A stretch of DNA of 64,000 bases, from IMG/VR virus record IMGVR_UViG_3300006802_000078, positions 27,626 through 91,625 of that record. One strand, 5' to 3'. The notes below the pieces were generated by a model. It searched no databases, had not been told where the DNA came from, and saw nothing but the letters and a program-made list of their open reading frames with translations. Shown piece by piece: positions 47,134 through 59,600 of this stretch. The position numbers were made by a program, and so were the translations under genes. The stretch's first letter is position 1. The number at the start of each line of letters is the position of its first letter. The stretch is from a virus.

Positions 47134-47152
47134 TGCCGTGAAGGAGGAAGCG

Positions 47153-47617
47153 ATGGCAATCATCCGAGAAGACGGCAGCCAAGGCCGCTATGTGCAGCGT
47201 GCGGTTCCCCGTACTGCGGCGGAGGCGCCTACGCCCGTCGAGGAAGGCGAAGCCGGAGGGGGATCGGGCAGCGAGCCCGCTGTGAAGTCGGCCAGCGAGG
47301 CGGCCCAGACTACCTCCGAAGCTGCACAGGCGAAGGCGGCCGCGGCCGCGGCGGCTGCGAAGAAGAAGCAGACGACGGGGGGGCGCGCCGCGGCGCCGTG
47401 GGACGACGAGGCCATCGCGGCCGCGCGGCGGCGGATCGCCTACGAGAACTCCATGACGGGGAACCGCCGAGGGGGCACGATTCATGTTCGCAGGGGGTGG
47501 CGCGCTGCGAGGAAGGGGCTGTCCGCGGACCACACCTACAACACCCTGGGCCCCAAGGGCAACGTGATGCCAGAGCTGGGCCCTACTGAGAAGAGGAAAG
47601 AGGAGCGCGAGGAGTAG
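47153..47617 (+). CDS. hypothetical protein (154 aa)
   Basis: AAGGAGG RBS. Confidence 0.65.
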   Translation: MAIIREDGSQGRYVQRAVPRTAAEAPTPVEEGEAGGGSGSEPAVKSASEAAQTTSEAAQAKAAAAAAAAKKKQTTGGRAAAPWDDEAIAAARRRIAYENSMTGNRRGGTIHVRRGWRAARKGLSADHTYNTLGPKGNVMPELGPTEKRKEEREE

Positions 47618-47653
47618 GTCGTTGCGCGGGCAGCCTCGTGCTACGCTTGAGCG

Positions 47654-50600
47654 ATGCCGACCCCCACTCCCACGCCCGACAAGCTGACCGAAGAAGACCT
47701 GGCTCCGTTCGGGGATCTCTTCGGTCCACCCCCCGCTGCCCCTCCGGGCACGAAGAAGCTGCCGGCCACGAGCGCCGGCGGGCCAGTGATGGTGGACGAC
47801 GCCCACCTCAAGGACGTCAACCCGAAGGTACCGGAGCCGAAGGCGAAGGAGCCGAAGGCGAAGGCCGCGGAGCCGGCGCCGAAGGCGAAGGCCGCGGAGC
47901 CGGCGCCGAAGGCGAAGGCCGCGGAGCCGGCGCCGAAGGCCCCGGAGCCGAAGCCCGCGGAGCCCGCGCCGAAGCCCGCGGAGCCCCCGAAGGCGAAGGC
48001 CGCGGAGCAGCTGGAGTCGGCCGAGGAGACGCTGCCCCCCACCTCCCGCCCGCTGCCCCCCACCGACGAGGTGGCGGCTGCGCGCGCCGCGCTGGAGCCG
48101 CTGAAGCAGAAGGCCACCGAGGAGCGCGTCGCCGCCACTGCTGCGGACCAGCGCAGCCAGGCCGACGCGTTGGAGCTGCGCCGCTTGCTGGACGGTGCGG
48201 TCATGCTCTACGCCCCGTACAGGAGCGCGGTGGAGCGGGAGCAGGCGGCCGCCACTCCAGAGATGGGGATGCCTATGCCCTCCCTGCTGTCCGGCGGGGC
48301 GGCGCTCCGGTCGGCAATGGCGCTGGGCTTCGCCGCCGCCGCGCGCACGGGAGACCCGAAGGTCTACAAGGGCTTCGAGGCCGCCGCCGTGCTGAAGCAC
48401 ATCGGTCGGATGAAGCGCGAGGCCGAGGCGGGCGGTGGCAGCGCGCCCTACATGAGCCCGAGCGAGTACTGGGCAGCGGCCCGCGCGTCCGGTGTTCCGC
48501 TGGAGCAGATGCTCCGCGAGATCGTGATCGACAACAAGCGCGTCGACGACGTCATCGACGACGCTGTCTCTCGCAGCCAGGACCCTCGCGTCAAGGCGAT
48601 CCTGCTGCGGGCGAAGGCGCAAGGCGCCGGGCAGCAGCAGCAGCGCAGCGCGATCGACAAGGTCGTCGACGTCGCCAAGGCCCCGCTGGGCGTGCTCGCT
48701 CCAGGACCGTCTGAGGCGAGCAAGGCGGAGGCCGCAGCGAAGAGCCAGGCAGTGCGGGCCGAGGCTGCGGCGAAGGCAGGGCAGCTGGAGCGGGCCGCTG
48801 CCATCGAGGCGACGGGGAGCGTGCGCCAGCGGGCCAAGATCGCCGACGCTGGGATCCGCGAGATGTACGCCGCGATGAGCGGGGACGCCGATGAGCTCGC
48901 CGACGCCAGCCGGGAACGCGAGGAGGCGGAAGCCAAGTACCGGCGGCTCCACGGGGGCCGCATGGCGGCGTCCCTGCGCGAGACGACGCTGCGGGATTGG
49001 ACCGGCACCCAGGCCACCTCTGGCGTCATGGGCGTCTCGGAGCGGGATCCGGACGTCGACTTCGACAGCGCCCAGGCTCAGGCGACGGCCATCACGCTGC
49101 TGCGGGAGATGATGCCTCCCGAGGCGCGAGACCTGAGCGACGACGAGCTGGTGATGGCTGCGCCTCAGAAGTCCCCGCTGGTGCAGAGCTTCGTCCAGGC
49201 CACGCGCTTCGCCGGGGGTCACCGTGGGTGGATCGAGCAGCGCGCCGACGCGATCCAGCGCGCCAAGTCTCAGGCGCTGACGCGAGAGGGGAAGAACCCC
49301 GCCGAGGCATACGGGCCCGGGATGCGGGCGGATGCCGTCGCAGAGGCTGTGAGGGAGGCGACGGTCTTCCGCGTCGTGGGGCTGTGGGGGGGCCCGCTGA
49401 TCATCAACCTGGCCCAGCTCACCGGAGAGCAGGCGCAGCGTGGAGAGGAGATCTCCCTGGCTGACGCCATGAAGGCGCAGGTCGAAATCGTCGGGCTCGA
49501 CCGCAACGGCGTGGTCATCTACCGCCAGGAGTCGGTGCCGTCCTGGCTGTTCGGGCTGGCCGACATGCCGATCCAGGCGGCCATGGCCTACTACGAGGTG
49601 GCGAAGGAGAACGTCACGGGCGAGCGAGACAACGCCGACGCGGAGCGGAACTGGTACGACATCGGCCAGAAGTTCCGCAGCAACGTCGCTCGCCGGCACG
49701 GCTTGCTCGATCTCGCCATCGAGACGGGGGTGTTCACCGACGAGAACACGGCAGTGATCCCGGTCGACCAGGACAGCCCGTGGCATCCGTACGCCAAGGC
49801 CACGGAGCAGCTCGCCCTGGGCGGGGCTGCGGTCGTCGCGACGATGCTGGCTCCCGACATGTTCATGGTCGCGGGGGGCGTCGGGGGGTCTGTGCGCGGG
49901 GCGATGGCGACCCGCCGCGCGGCCAAGGTCGCGGAGGGGCTGAAGTCCGCGTCGACGCTGCTGCGCGAGGCCCACGCTCTGGGCGAGGCGGGCAAGATCG
50001 ACGAGGCGGTGGCTGCGCTGCGCAAGGCCGAGGCCATCGAAGTGGCGCTGCGGAAGTCCAACCCGGAGATCATGCGTGCGGTCGACCGCGCTGACGTGGC
50101 GGCCTACGAGAAGGCCACCGCCGACGGCGGCGCGGTGGCGGATCTCCGCACCCGGAAGGAAGCGGGCGGTGTCCTGCCTGGTGCGCTGGGCAAGGAGGCC
50201 CAGACCCTGCACCCCGGCATGCGGGTCGACGCGCTGAAGCAGGGGGAGGCGGTGGATGACGCCGCCGACTTCCCTCACCTGTTCAACTACGCCAACCCCC
50301 TGCAGGACGCGGCCAAGCTCAGCCCCGAAGACCTCGCCCAGGCAGGGCGTCGCCACGCGGCGGCGAAGGTGGTGGGCGAGGAGGGCAACAAGCTCCGAGC
50401 CAGCGCTGCCAAGATCAAGGACCCTGCGGGCCGGGAGGAAGTGCGGCTCTTCATCGAGGAGCAGCTCGCCATCATCCAGGACAAGGCGGCGCACGGGATC
50501 GACAAGACGACGATGCAGAAGGAGCTGCGTGACGCCGTCGCGGCCCGGTTCGTCGGCGACGACAACAAGCCGCTGCGGGAGGGGCTCTACAAGAAGCTCA

Positions 50601-53600
50601 CCGGCTTGGGGGGGCGCGCGGTCGAGGCGGCTGAGAAGGCCGACCCGCTGGACCCTGTGCGGGCCATCCTGGGCAACATCGCGTCGCGCGCCGAGGGGCA
50701 CGAGGTCATGGCGAACGCCTCGAAGAAGGCGCTGGGCATGACCACGAACCTGCTGAAGGAGGGCAAGTACGCGTCGGAGGCCAGCATCCTGCGTGCCATC
50801 GCCCAGGACGCCGCCGACGCAGCAGGCATCGAGGATGCCACCGCGCGTGCAGTCTTCATCGAGAAGCGGATCAAGCAGTGGCAGAAGGCGCTGTCGACGG
50901 GCAAGCCGATCGATGTTGTCGGGCGGCGGATCACCATCGACGACGTGGTGCGGGAAGACACCCTGGTGCGCCAGCGGGTGCGCGACGGGCTCACCCCACA
51001 GCAGGCCATGGACGAGTGGCGCGCGAAGGTGCCCGGCAAGGTCGAGGCCGCGGCTGCGCCGAAGGGGCCGGAAGGGTCGAAGGGGCCGGAAGGGTCGAAG
51101 GAAAGCGGAGAGGACTACGCCGAGCGCCCGACCGTGGTGGAGAAGAAGCCCGCTGCCGCTCCCGACCCCGATGTGGAACGCCCGACCGAAGTGGACCGGG
51201 ACACCGTGGTGGTGCCTGCGGCGGACTCAACCCAGGGCCGCGCCCGCGCTGCTGCCACGCCGGAGTGGACTCCGGAGCGGACCCAAGCGGTCGCTCCCGA
51301 CGACGACAGCACCGCGGCTCGCATCGCCGGGCTGAAGCCGAAGGAGCCGACGGACGCCGCCTTGCCTCGGTGGCAGCGGGTCTCGCCTGCTCGAGGGCGG
51401 GGCGAAGCTGCGATGAAGGGGGATGGCCCCCAGGCGTGGGCTCCGGGCAAGGAGCCGGCGGAGCCGGCGCCTGCTGCGCCAGCGGCTGCGGCTGCGCCAG
51501 CAGCGCCGAAGGCGGCGCCGAAGGCGGCACCCCCCGCCGAGCCCCCGCCCGCGGCAGCGGCAGCGGCGGCAGCTGCGCCTGCCTCCACTCCGGCGCCGAA
51601 GGCCGCGCCCGCGGCAGTGGCGCCCGCGCCGAAGCGCGAGCGACCCCCCACGCGGAAGGAGAAGATCCAGGCATCGGCGAAGAAGCTGATGGACGCTTCG
51701 GTGGCGTCGCCCACGAACGAGGGCATCGCGTCCGCGGACGACTTCAACGAGGCCATGGCCATGGTCCTCAAGGATCTCGGCTACGACGACGACGTCATCC
51801 AGGCGGTCGCCCACGGCAAGACCGATGTCGTCGTCTCCGGTAAGATCAAGAGCCCCCGCGCGCTGCGGAACCAGGTGCGGGACCTGCTGGATGAGGCATA
51901 CGCTGCCGCTGGCATCGAGCGGCCCCCCCGGCTGGTGCAGACCGCGCAGGGCGACTGGCTGGAGTACGCCGACGGCACCCGCCTGAACTGGCTGCCGAAG
52001 GAGGAGCGAGCTGCCGCTCTGGCGGGGCTGAGCGAGGATGCCGAGGAAGTCGCCGACGTGGCGGACGTGGCCGAGGAAGTCGCGGACGTGGCCGAGGAAG
52101 TCGCGGACGTGGCCGAGGATGCGCCCAAGGTGGCGGCCGCCCCCGAGCCCGCTGCGGCGCCGGAGCCGCTGCCGGAGCCGCTGCCGAAGGCGGAGGCGGC
52201 GCCTGCTGCGCCTGCTGCGCCTGCGCCTGCCGCGCCTGCTGCGCCTGCTCCCCCCCGGGAGAAGATGACGGTGCCGGAAGAGTGGGCCGCGGAGCAGCTG
52301 GGCTTGGAGCACATCGACGACTTCGACGCGAAGAGCGCCACTCCGGAGGACTTGTCGGGTCTGGGCGGAGCCTACAACCAAGCGAAGGAGATCGGCGACG
52401 CCGAGACCGCGCTCTACCTCGAAGGGCTGATCATCGAGGCGGTGGACAAGATCGCCGACATGGCCGACCCGGGTGACATGGGCGGTCTGCTCCTGAAGGT
52501 CGACAGCGACAAGCTCGTGCGCAGCCTGCGCTTCTACGCTGACCACAGCGTGACCGACCCCAAGAAGCTGCAGAACGTAGCCGATGCCATCGAGGGGTAT
52601 CGAGGGTTCAAGCACCAGTCCTCCCCCGAGGTCGCCGCGGCCATGGCCGACGCCCGTCGCGCGTCGAAGGCGGCTGCGGCTGCGCCCCAGCAGGTCGGCC
52701 TCCCCCTCCCTGCGCCTGCGGCTGCGCCGGCAGCGGCAGCAGCGTCGCGCCCCCACATCGCCCAGGTCGGTGCGGCCGAGGCGAAGAAGATCATCAACAG
52801 CGCCTCCCTCGACCAGCTCGATGAGCTGTTCCACGAGGAGGCGTCGCGCGGCACCAAGGCTCGCAAGGGGGTGGTGTCGGCCATCGACCAGCGCCGGGCG
52901 GCGCTGCAGGCCGAGGCCGGGCTGCCTGTGACGGAGTCCCCCGTGCTCGAAGCCCCGAAGCCGGTGAAGGAGCCGAAGCGGGCGGCGCCGCCGAAGCCGG
53001 TGTTCACCGAGCAGCAGCAGAACTTCCTCGACAAGGTGCGGCAGGGTCGGGCCACGTCGCGGGCGATGGAGGAAGAAAGACTCAAGGCGAAGAACGCGGG
53101 CGACGTCGCGTACCTCAAGGCAATGATCGAGGCGGAGGCCAACGTGCCGGGGAGGGCCTCGGTCAAGCGGAAGCTCGACAACGACCTCGACGTGGTGCAG
53201 ACCCGCAAGGCGCTGAAGTTCGACGCTGCGCTGCTCTCCGAGGCGCCGGACGCCGTGAGCCCCCGCCGGGCCCAGGCCTCGGCGGCGCGGGAGCTCGACG
53301 ACCTGCTCGACCAGGCGAGCGACGCCGCGGCCCAGGTGCTGACCCCTGAGGCCAACCGCGGGCGGACCGGCAACGTGATGCGGAGCGCGCTGGAGTCCAC
53401 GCTGGCCACCCGCGGCACGGGCGGGGTCGACGCGGTCGAGCTGGCCAGCCGGGTCGCGCCCGAGGTCCAGGCGGTGGCGACGGCAGAGGAGGAGGCCATC
53501 CGCGCCCGGCGGCTGCGCTTCGACGCGTCCGCCATGCGGGGGCGGCTGGTCCCCGGCTCGAAGAAGCGGGTGGTCGCGGCCCAGCGGGCGCTCGAGGATG

Positions 53601-56600
53601 CCGAGGCTGCGCTGCGCCAGGCCCACGCGCGGCTGGAGGTCGCGCTCGCCACGGGAGTGCGGGAGCAGCTCGGCGCCGAGTGGCGGGCGCTGCCGATCCG
53701 GCCGGAGGCGACGACCCGGGGCCTGGAGGCGCTGGCTCGGCGGATCCTGATGGCGGAGGGCGAGGGTGAGGGTGCCTTCCCCCTGCTCCACCTGGTGACC
53801 CAGCTCGCGATGGACGCGGGCCAGGGGGGCGACATCGACTTCCTCCGGCTGCGCATGGGCGGGACCGCTGATGCAGCTGCGGGCGACTACAAGCCGATCC
53901 GCAAGGTCATCGCCATCGGGGACGAGGCGATTGCCCGCCTGCGGGCAGGTGACAGCATGGGCCTGCGCGTGGCGGCGCATGAGATCGGCCACGCTGTGGC
54001 GGCGCTGCTCGACGAGGAGCAGGTGGGCAAGCTCGCGGAGCAGTACGCCCGGGACGTGCGGCGGGCCGCCCAGGGGGGAGGCGGCCGCACCGGCCGCGCC
54101 ATGGCCATGGACCTGATGGCTGGCGGGGACAAGGCGCCGCTGGCGCGGTACCGCTACCTCTCCTTCGACGAGTGGGTGGCAGAGAAGTACGCCGACTACG
54201 CCATGCGGCAGGTGAGCTTCAACCGCCTGTCCCCGTTCTGGCGGGGCATGGTGATGAGCGTCGATCGGATCACCACCCGGATCGGCCACACCCTGGGCTG
54301 GGACTCGGTCGAGATCTTCATCCAGCAGGCCCTGCGTGATCCACTCCGCACTGCGACATCGGCCACGCTCGAAGAGCGGATGCAGGCGAAGGCGGTCATC
54401 GAGGGTGGGCGGAACATCGCCAGCGAAGCCCGGCTGCAGGTGCTCTCGGAGTACGGCGCGATGGCGGAGGAGGAGGCGACGGCGTCCGCGCGCCTCGATG
54501 CGGCCGCGCGCCTGGTGGACGAAGCCGCCAGCGAAGCTGAGCCCTCGCTCAAGATGTTCCTGGGCGAGCGTGGGGCGGAGACGCTGGACGAAGCCGACGC
54601 GAGCCGCTGGGGCAGACACGCGGACGACCCGATGATGATCGAGCTGGAGCGCGCGCGGCAGATGCTGGATGACGGTACCAGCGCCGAGGAGGTGTGGAAG
54701 AACACCGGCTGGCGGCGGGGCCCCGACAACGCATGGCGCTTCGAGATCGACGATAGCGGCGCCTACCTGAAGCGCGACGCGTTCCAGCGGGCGAAGACGG
54801 AGAAGGCGAGCCCGGGGAGCAAGGCCGGGGTCAAGACGCGGCTGGGCGACCTGATACGCCACCCCCGCCTGTTCGAGGCGTACCCCGAGCTCAAGGACGT
54901 CGTCGTCGTCATGGGCGAGACCGACAACCCGGCGCTGCTGGGGCAGTTCGTCACCGACGCGTTCGGTGGCGTGGGCGCCATCCACGTCTTCAACCCGAAG
55001 CGGCAGACCCACGAGCAGATCCTGAAGACCATCCTGCACGAGGTGCAGCACAACATCCAGGAGATCGAGGGCTTCGCCGAGGGCGGCGGCTGGGAGATCA
55101 GCCCGGAGGGTGAGGCGCTGGTCCAGCGGATCTTCGACAAGGCGCAGGCGCTGCGCGACCGCCGCCAGGAGTGGCACATCACGGACGAGCTCCTGATGGC
55201 CCAGGCGAAGGACAAGGTGTACCGGCGGACCTACGGAGAGGTCGAGGCCCGCAACGTCGAGTCCCGCATGGGGCTGGATGAGCGCGGTCGCGCGGCGAAG
55301 TTCCCGACCAAGACGCAGGACGTGGCCGACAGCAACGCCATCATCGTGTGGAACGGTGAGGTGATGGGGTCGCCGAAGGCGTCGCGGGCGCCGGTGGCGG
55401 CGACTGCGGAAGCTGCGGGCGCTCAGGTGCTCAGCAACGCCGGCGCGACTCCGGAGCGCGAGGTCGCGCGCATCGCCGAGGAGCTCCGGCGGGAGCAGCC
55501 ATCGATCGCTGAGGTGGTCGACCGGGCGGCTGTTCGCGGTGCTTCGACTGACTCCGACACGCGCTACAAGGTCGGTTTGCAGCGTCCCGTCGAGGGTCTT
55601 CGCGGGTTCGAAAGCGGTGGCAAGTTCCATCGTTTTGTCGCTGAGCACGGGGAAGAAGGCGCGCTTCAACTGGTGCGCGCCAGCGCGGTGGAGGCAGTGG
55701 CTGACGGCGCCGCTCCAGAGCTGGTCGCAGCCCTGGTTGAGCTCCGCACCCGCGCGATCCGCGACCCGAGCTACGTGGAAGTCGTTCCGCCGGGGCGGAC
55801 CTACCCACGGTGGAACTCTGGCGGATCGGCGCTGCCGACGTGTGAGCACCGCCTGCGCGATCTTGAGCGAGATCTGGCGCAGCTGGCTTCGAGCCTGAAC
55901 GATGGCGTGTCTCAGTGGGGTACGCTGAACGCCGAGCAGGCGCGCGAAGCACTGGCAGCTATTGCAGGCGCCACGCTGGACGATCTGGTCGCTGGCCGTG
56001 TGTCACCGCGGTTCGCGAGTGTGTCTAGTGTGGAGTGGCGCATCGTGGCGATCGAGAGGTCAGCACAGCGTCTCCAGGAGAGCGTGCGCGAAGCATCGGA
56101 GCTTCTTGGGTTCGACGTACCGATGCCGCACCCGACGGGGCACGCGTACTTTGGCAAAGAAGCGTTCTACGGGAGGCTGGCGGATGGCGCAAGCCAGGGT
56201 AGCTACGAGGCCGCTGCGAACTGGATCAAGCGGAAGACGCCTCCGCCCAAGCAGAGAGCCGGCTTCGACACCTTCGGCACCCACGCCGACGTCGACACAT
56301 CCAGGGCCGCCGTGGTGCCTGAGAGCCTGGACCCGCAGCGGAAGATCGGGAGCGAGATTCTCGGTGACTTCGAGCGGAAGCCGGAGGCGCCAGAGGGTAC
56401 GGGCACGCCTCGCGACATCGACACCAAGCGGCTGCCCCCGGAGAAGGAGCGGCAGGCGGCTCGTGGGCGCAGCGACATGCGGCGGCGCATCTACGACGAG
56501 CAGGAGAAGCTCTGGAAGGCGTGGACCAAGGACAGCCGTGTCGCGACCATCACCGACGCGGACTACGCCACGGTGAAGGCGTTCCTGGCCATGGTCGGCA

Positions 56601-59600
56601 GCGAGCGTCTGAAGAGCGTCGGGCTACTCATCGTCCCTGAGATCCCCTCCTGGCGAGGCACCATCCTGGGGCAGTACAACTTCGCGAGTGACGTGGTCAC
56701 GATCTCGCATGCGGCGACTTCGTCGGGGCGGTTCACGGACACGACCATCCATGAGCTCTGGCATGCGCTGAGCCGCTACATCGGCAACGACCGCGTCGAT
56801 GGGCTCTACAAGGAGTTCATTCGGGAGCGTGAGGCCTACAAGGCGGCGCACCCGGCGGAGTTCGACCTGCGGGGCAACCTGAAGGAGATCCACCACACGC
56901 CGACCCACTCTGGGTACCGCTACTCGTCCATCGACGAGTGGGTCGTCGAGAAGATGAAGGACTTGAGCATCTCGGACGCGACCCGCAAGGCGCAGGCCGA
57001 TCTGGTGCGGCGTGGCATGCTCCGCACGACTGAGGGCGGGCAGCCCCCTCCGCCGGTGGTCGAGACCCTGCGCGGCCTGCGCGACCTTGTCACGAGCCAC
57101 GTCGGCCACATGGTCTCCCGCTGGTCGAACGACCAGGTGTTCAAGACCTACGACGAGTTCATGACGGGAACCATCACCGAGATGGCCCGACGGGACACGC
57201 TGGGCCACGAGGTGGAGCGTCTCGGCCTCGCCACGCAGGAGGTGCAGCAGACGCTGCGCGACCGTGCTCGTGCCTTCGTCGAGAGCCTCATGGACCGGCT
57301 GCGGGGAACGACCAAGCCGGACATGCAGCTCGATCAGGAGGCGGCAAGCTACGTTGGCGACGTCATCAAGACCTCGCCATCGCGGCAGGCGCTTGAAGAG
57401 CGCGCCGGGCTGGAGCAGCTGCGGCGGGTGCTGGAGCAGCAGGTAGCAGTCGATGAAGGCGGGAGGGCGACCGAGCAGTCGCTCCGCCTGCCCTCCGCCA
57501 CCCTCGCCGGCGTGCCCCCGACTTCGGGCGAGCCGGGGGTCACGCGCGTCCCGTACGGCCGCAGCCGGACCCTCGGAACCACGTCGACGTCCGAGCTGCT
57601 GGCCACCTCGGACGACGCCGAGTCCGGCATGCTGAGCCACGCGCTCCGGCGCGTCGTGCTCATGCTGGGGGACAACGAGCGCAGGGCCATGCAGCTCTTC
57701 CCACCCCACCTGCAGCAGGTGCTGCTGGCGGGCAACCGCAAGGTCAGCGCCGCGGTCAACGACATGCAGGTCATCCTGTCCGAGGCCGACTTCGGCAAGG
57801 TGGTCGACTACATCGACGGCAAGCAGGTGGAGCTGCGGGGCGCCGGGGTGGCGCCGTCCAGCGGCAGGCGCGCCGTCCGTGTCGGGCTTCGGCCGGGGGA
57901 GGCGGCCAGCTCCTCGCCCATCGAAGACCTGCGCTTCGCCATCAACACCTGGATTGAGACCCAGCCGCCCGCGGTCCAGGCCGGGCTGCGCGCCTTCGCC
58001 GAAGGGGAGTCCATCAACAGCCCCCAGGTGGGCAACGCGCTCGTCGACGCCCTGAGCCGCCGGTCGAACCGCGCGCCGGACGTCATCACCGCGTTGGTCT
58101 ACTCGACGCTGCCCCCCGGGGACAACGTGCCCGCGTTCGAGCGGGCCGCCGCGGGCCACCTGGTCGTGGAGGATCTCCACCGCTACCCATCGGTGTGGGC
58201 TCCGATGCGCGCCATCCTGCGCGACTCGCTGACGCCGCCGGCGGACGGATCGTCCCGCCAGCTGCTGCACGACCTCGCGAACCTGGAAGCGAAGGGCAAG
58301 CACGCTCGCCCCTCCCGTCGGAGCATCCGCGTCGGTCGCGCGGCCACGGTCATCGCCGGCTACTCCGGCGCGGCCCACGCGTTCGACCTGTGGCGGGACA
58401 TGGGCATCGGCATCGATCCTGCCCTGGCCCTGGCTGCCACCACCCTCGCTCGGGGGGGCAGCCTCAACACGCTGCCGCCGGATGTGCTGAAGCGCGTCGC
58501 CGCGCTGGCTGTGGAGGCAGGAGCTCCAGACGCGCGCGCGCTCGCCGAGCGGGTGCTGCAGCGCACCGGGACGGCCAAGGGTGCGGCTCACTGGAAGTCT
58601 CCAGTCGGCGTTGACCCGGCCTCGGTCGAGTACGCCCCCCACGTCAAGAAGGCGCGGGCCGAGGCTGAGGCTGCCGCAGAGGCGCTGACCGGCGTGGCGC
58701 GGCGGGAGGCCATCCAGGCCAGCGTGGCGGCGGCGTCTGAGGGGGAGACCTTCTTCCCCGAAGCCGCGGTCCGCATGATCGACGCTGCGCTTGACCGCGC
58801 CATCGACGAGGCCGGGATCCTGAAGGAGCACGGCAAGCTCGGGAAGGGCGAGATCGCTGCGGACATGGCTCTTGATGGCCTGCGCGCGCTGAAGGCAGCC
58901 GTGACCAAGGGCGTGTTCTTCCCCCGCAACGCCATGATCACCATGGATCAGTTCGACGCGGCGCGACAGACGGCCATCGGGTACGGCTACCGCCAGGCGG
59001 CGCGGAACGCGGTGCGGCAGTCGCTGCCCTCGCTGGTGGCGCTGGCGCCGGGCGGCGGCATCGCGCTCCGCACCAGTGCGGGGCAGCGGGTGCTGGCTGC
59101 GGCGCAGAACGTGGGCGATGCCTCCGCCAAGGGGATTGGATACCTGCTCGGCATCGACAATGGCGAGGTCGTGGTGCTGCGCGCTCCGACCAAGGAGGGG
59201 GCGACGAAGCTGCAGGTGGCGGCGTCCGCTGCGCGCGACTTCCTCGGGGTCGAAGACATCATCAACGGCACCGACGCGGTGTTCGCCATCGGCGACAGCG
59301 TGGCCCGAGGCTCGGACCTGCAGCAGATCGCGGTGGAGACCGGTGTCATCCAGAAGTTCGCTTCGATGGGAACCGAGCGGACCTTCTCTGGAGGGCGCCG
59401 GCTCAAGGGGCTGGAGCTGTCGCCGAGGGAGGCCCACCTGCTGGGTGACGACGTCGCGCGGCAGTGGGATGACTTCGTGGAGGATCTGCATGCGGTCGTC
59501 GAGCAGCCCGCAGGCTGGGCCAGCGACAAGGTCAAGGGCTGGGTGGCGGGCACCCAGGGCATCGTGGAGGACATGAGCGTCCGCAGCCGCGTCGGGCTCT

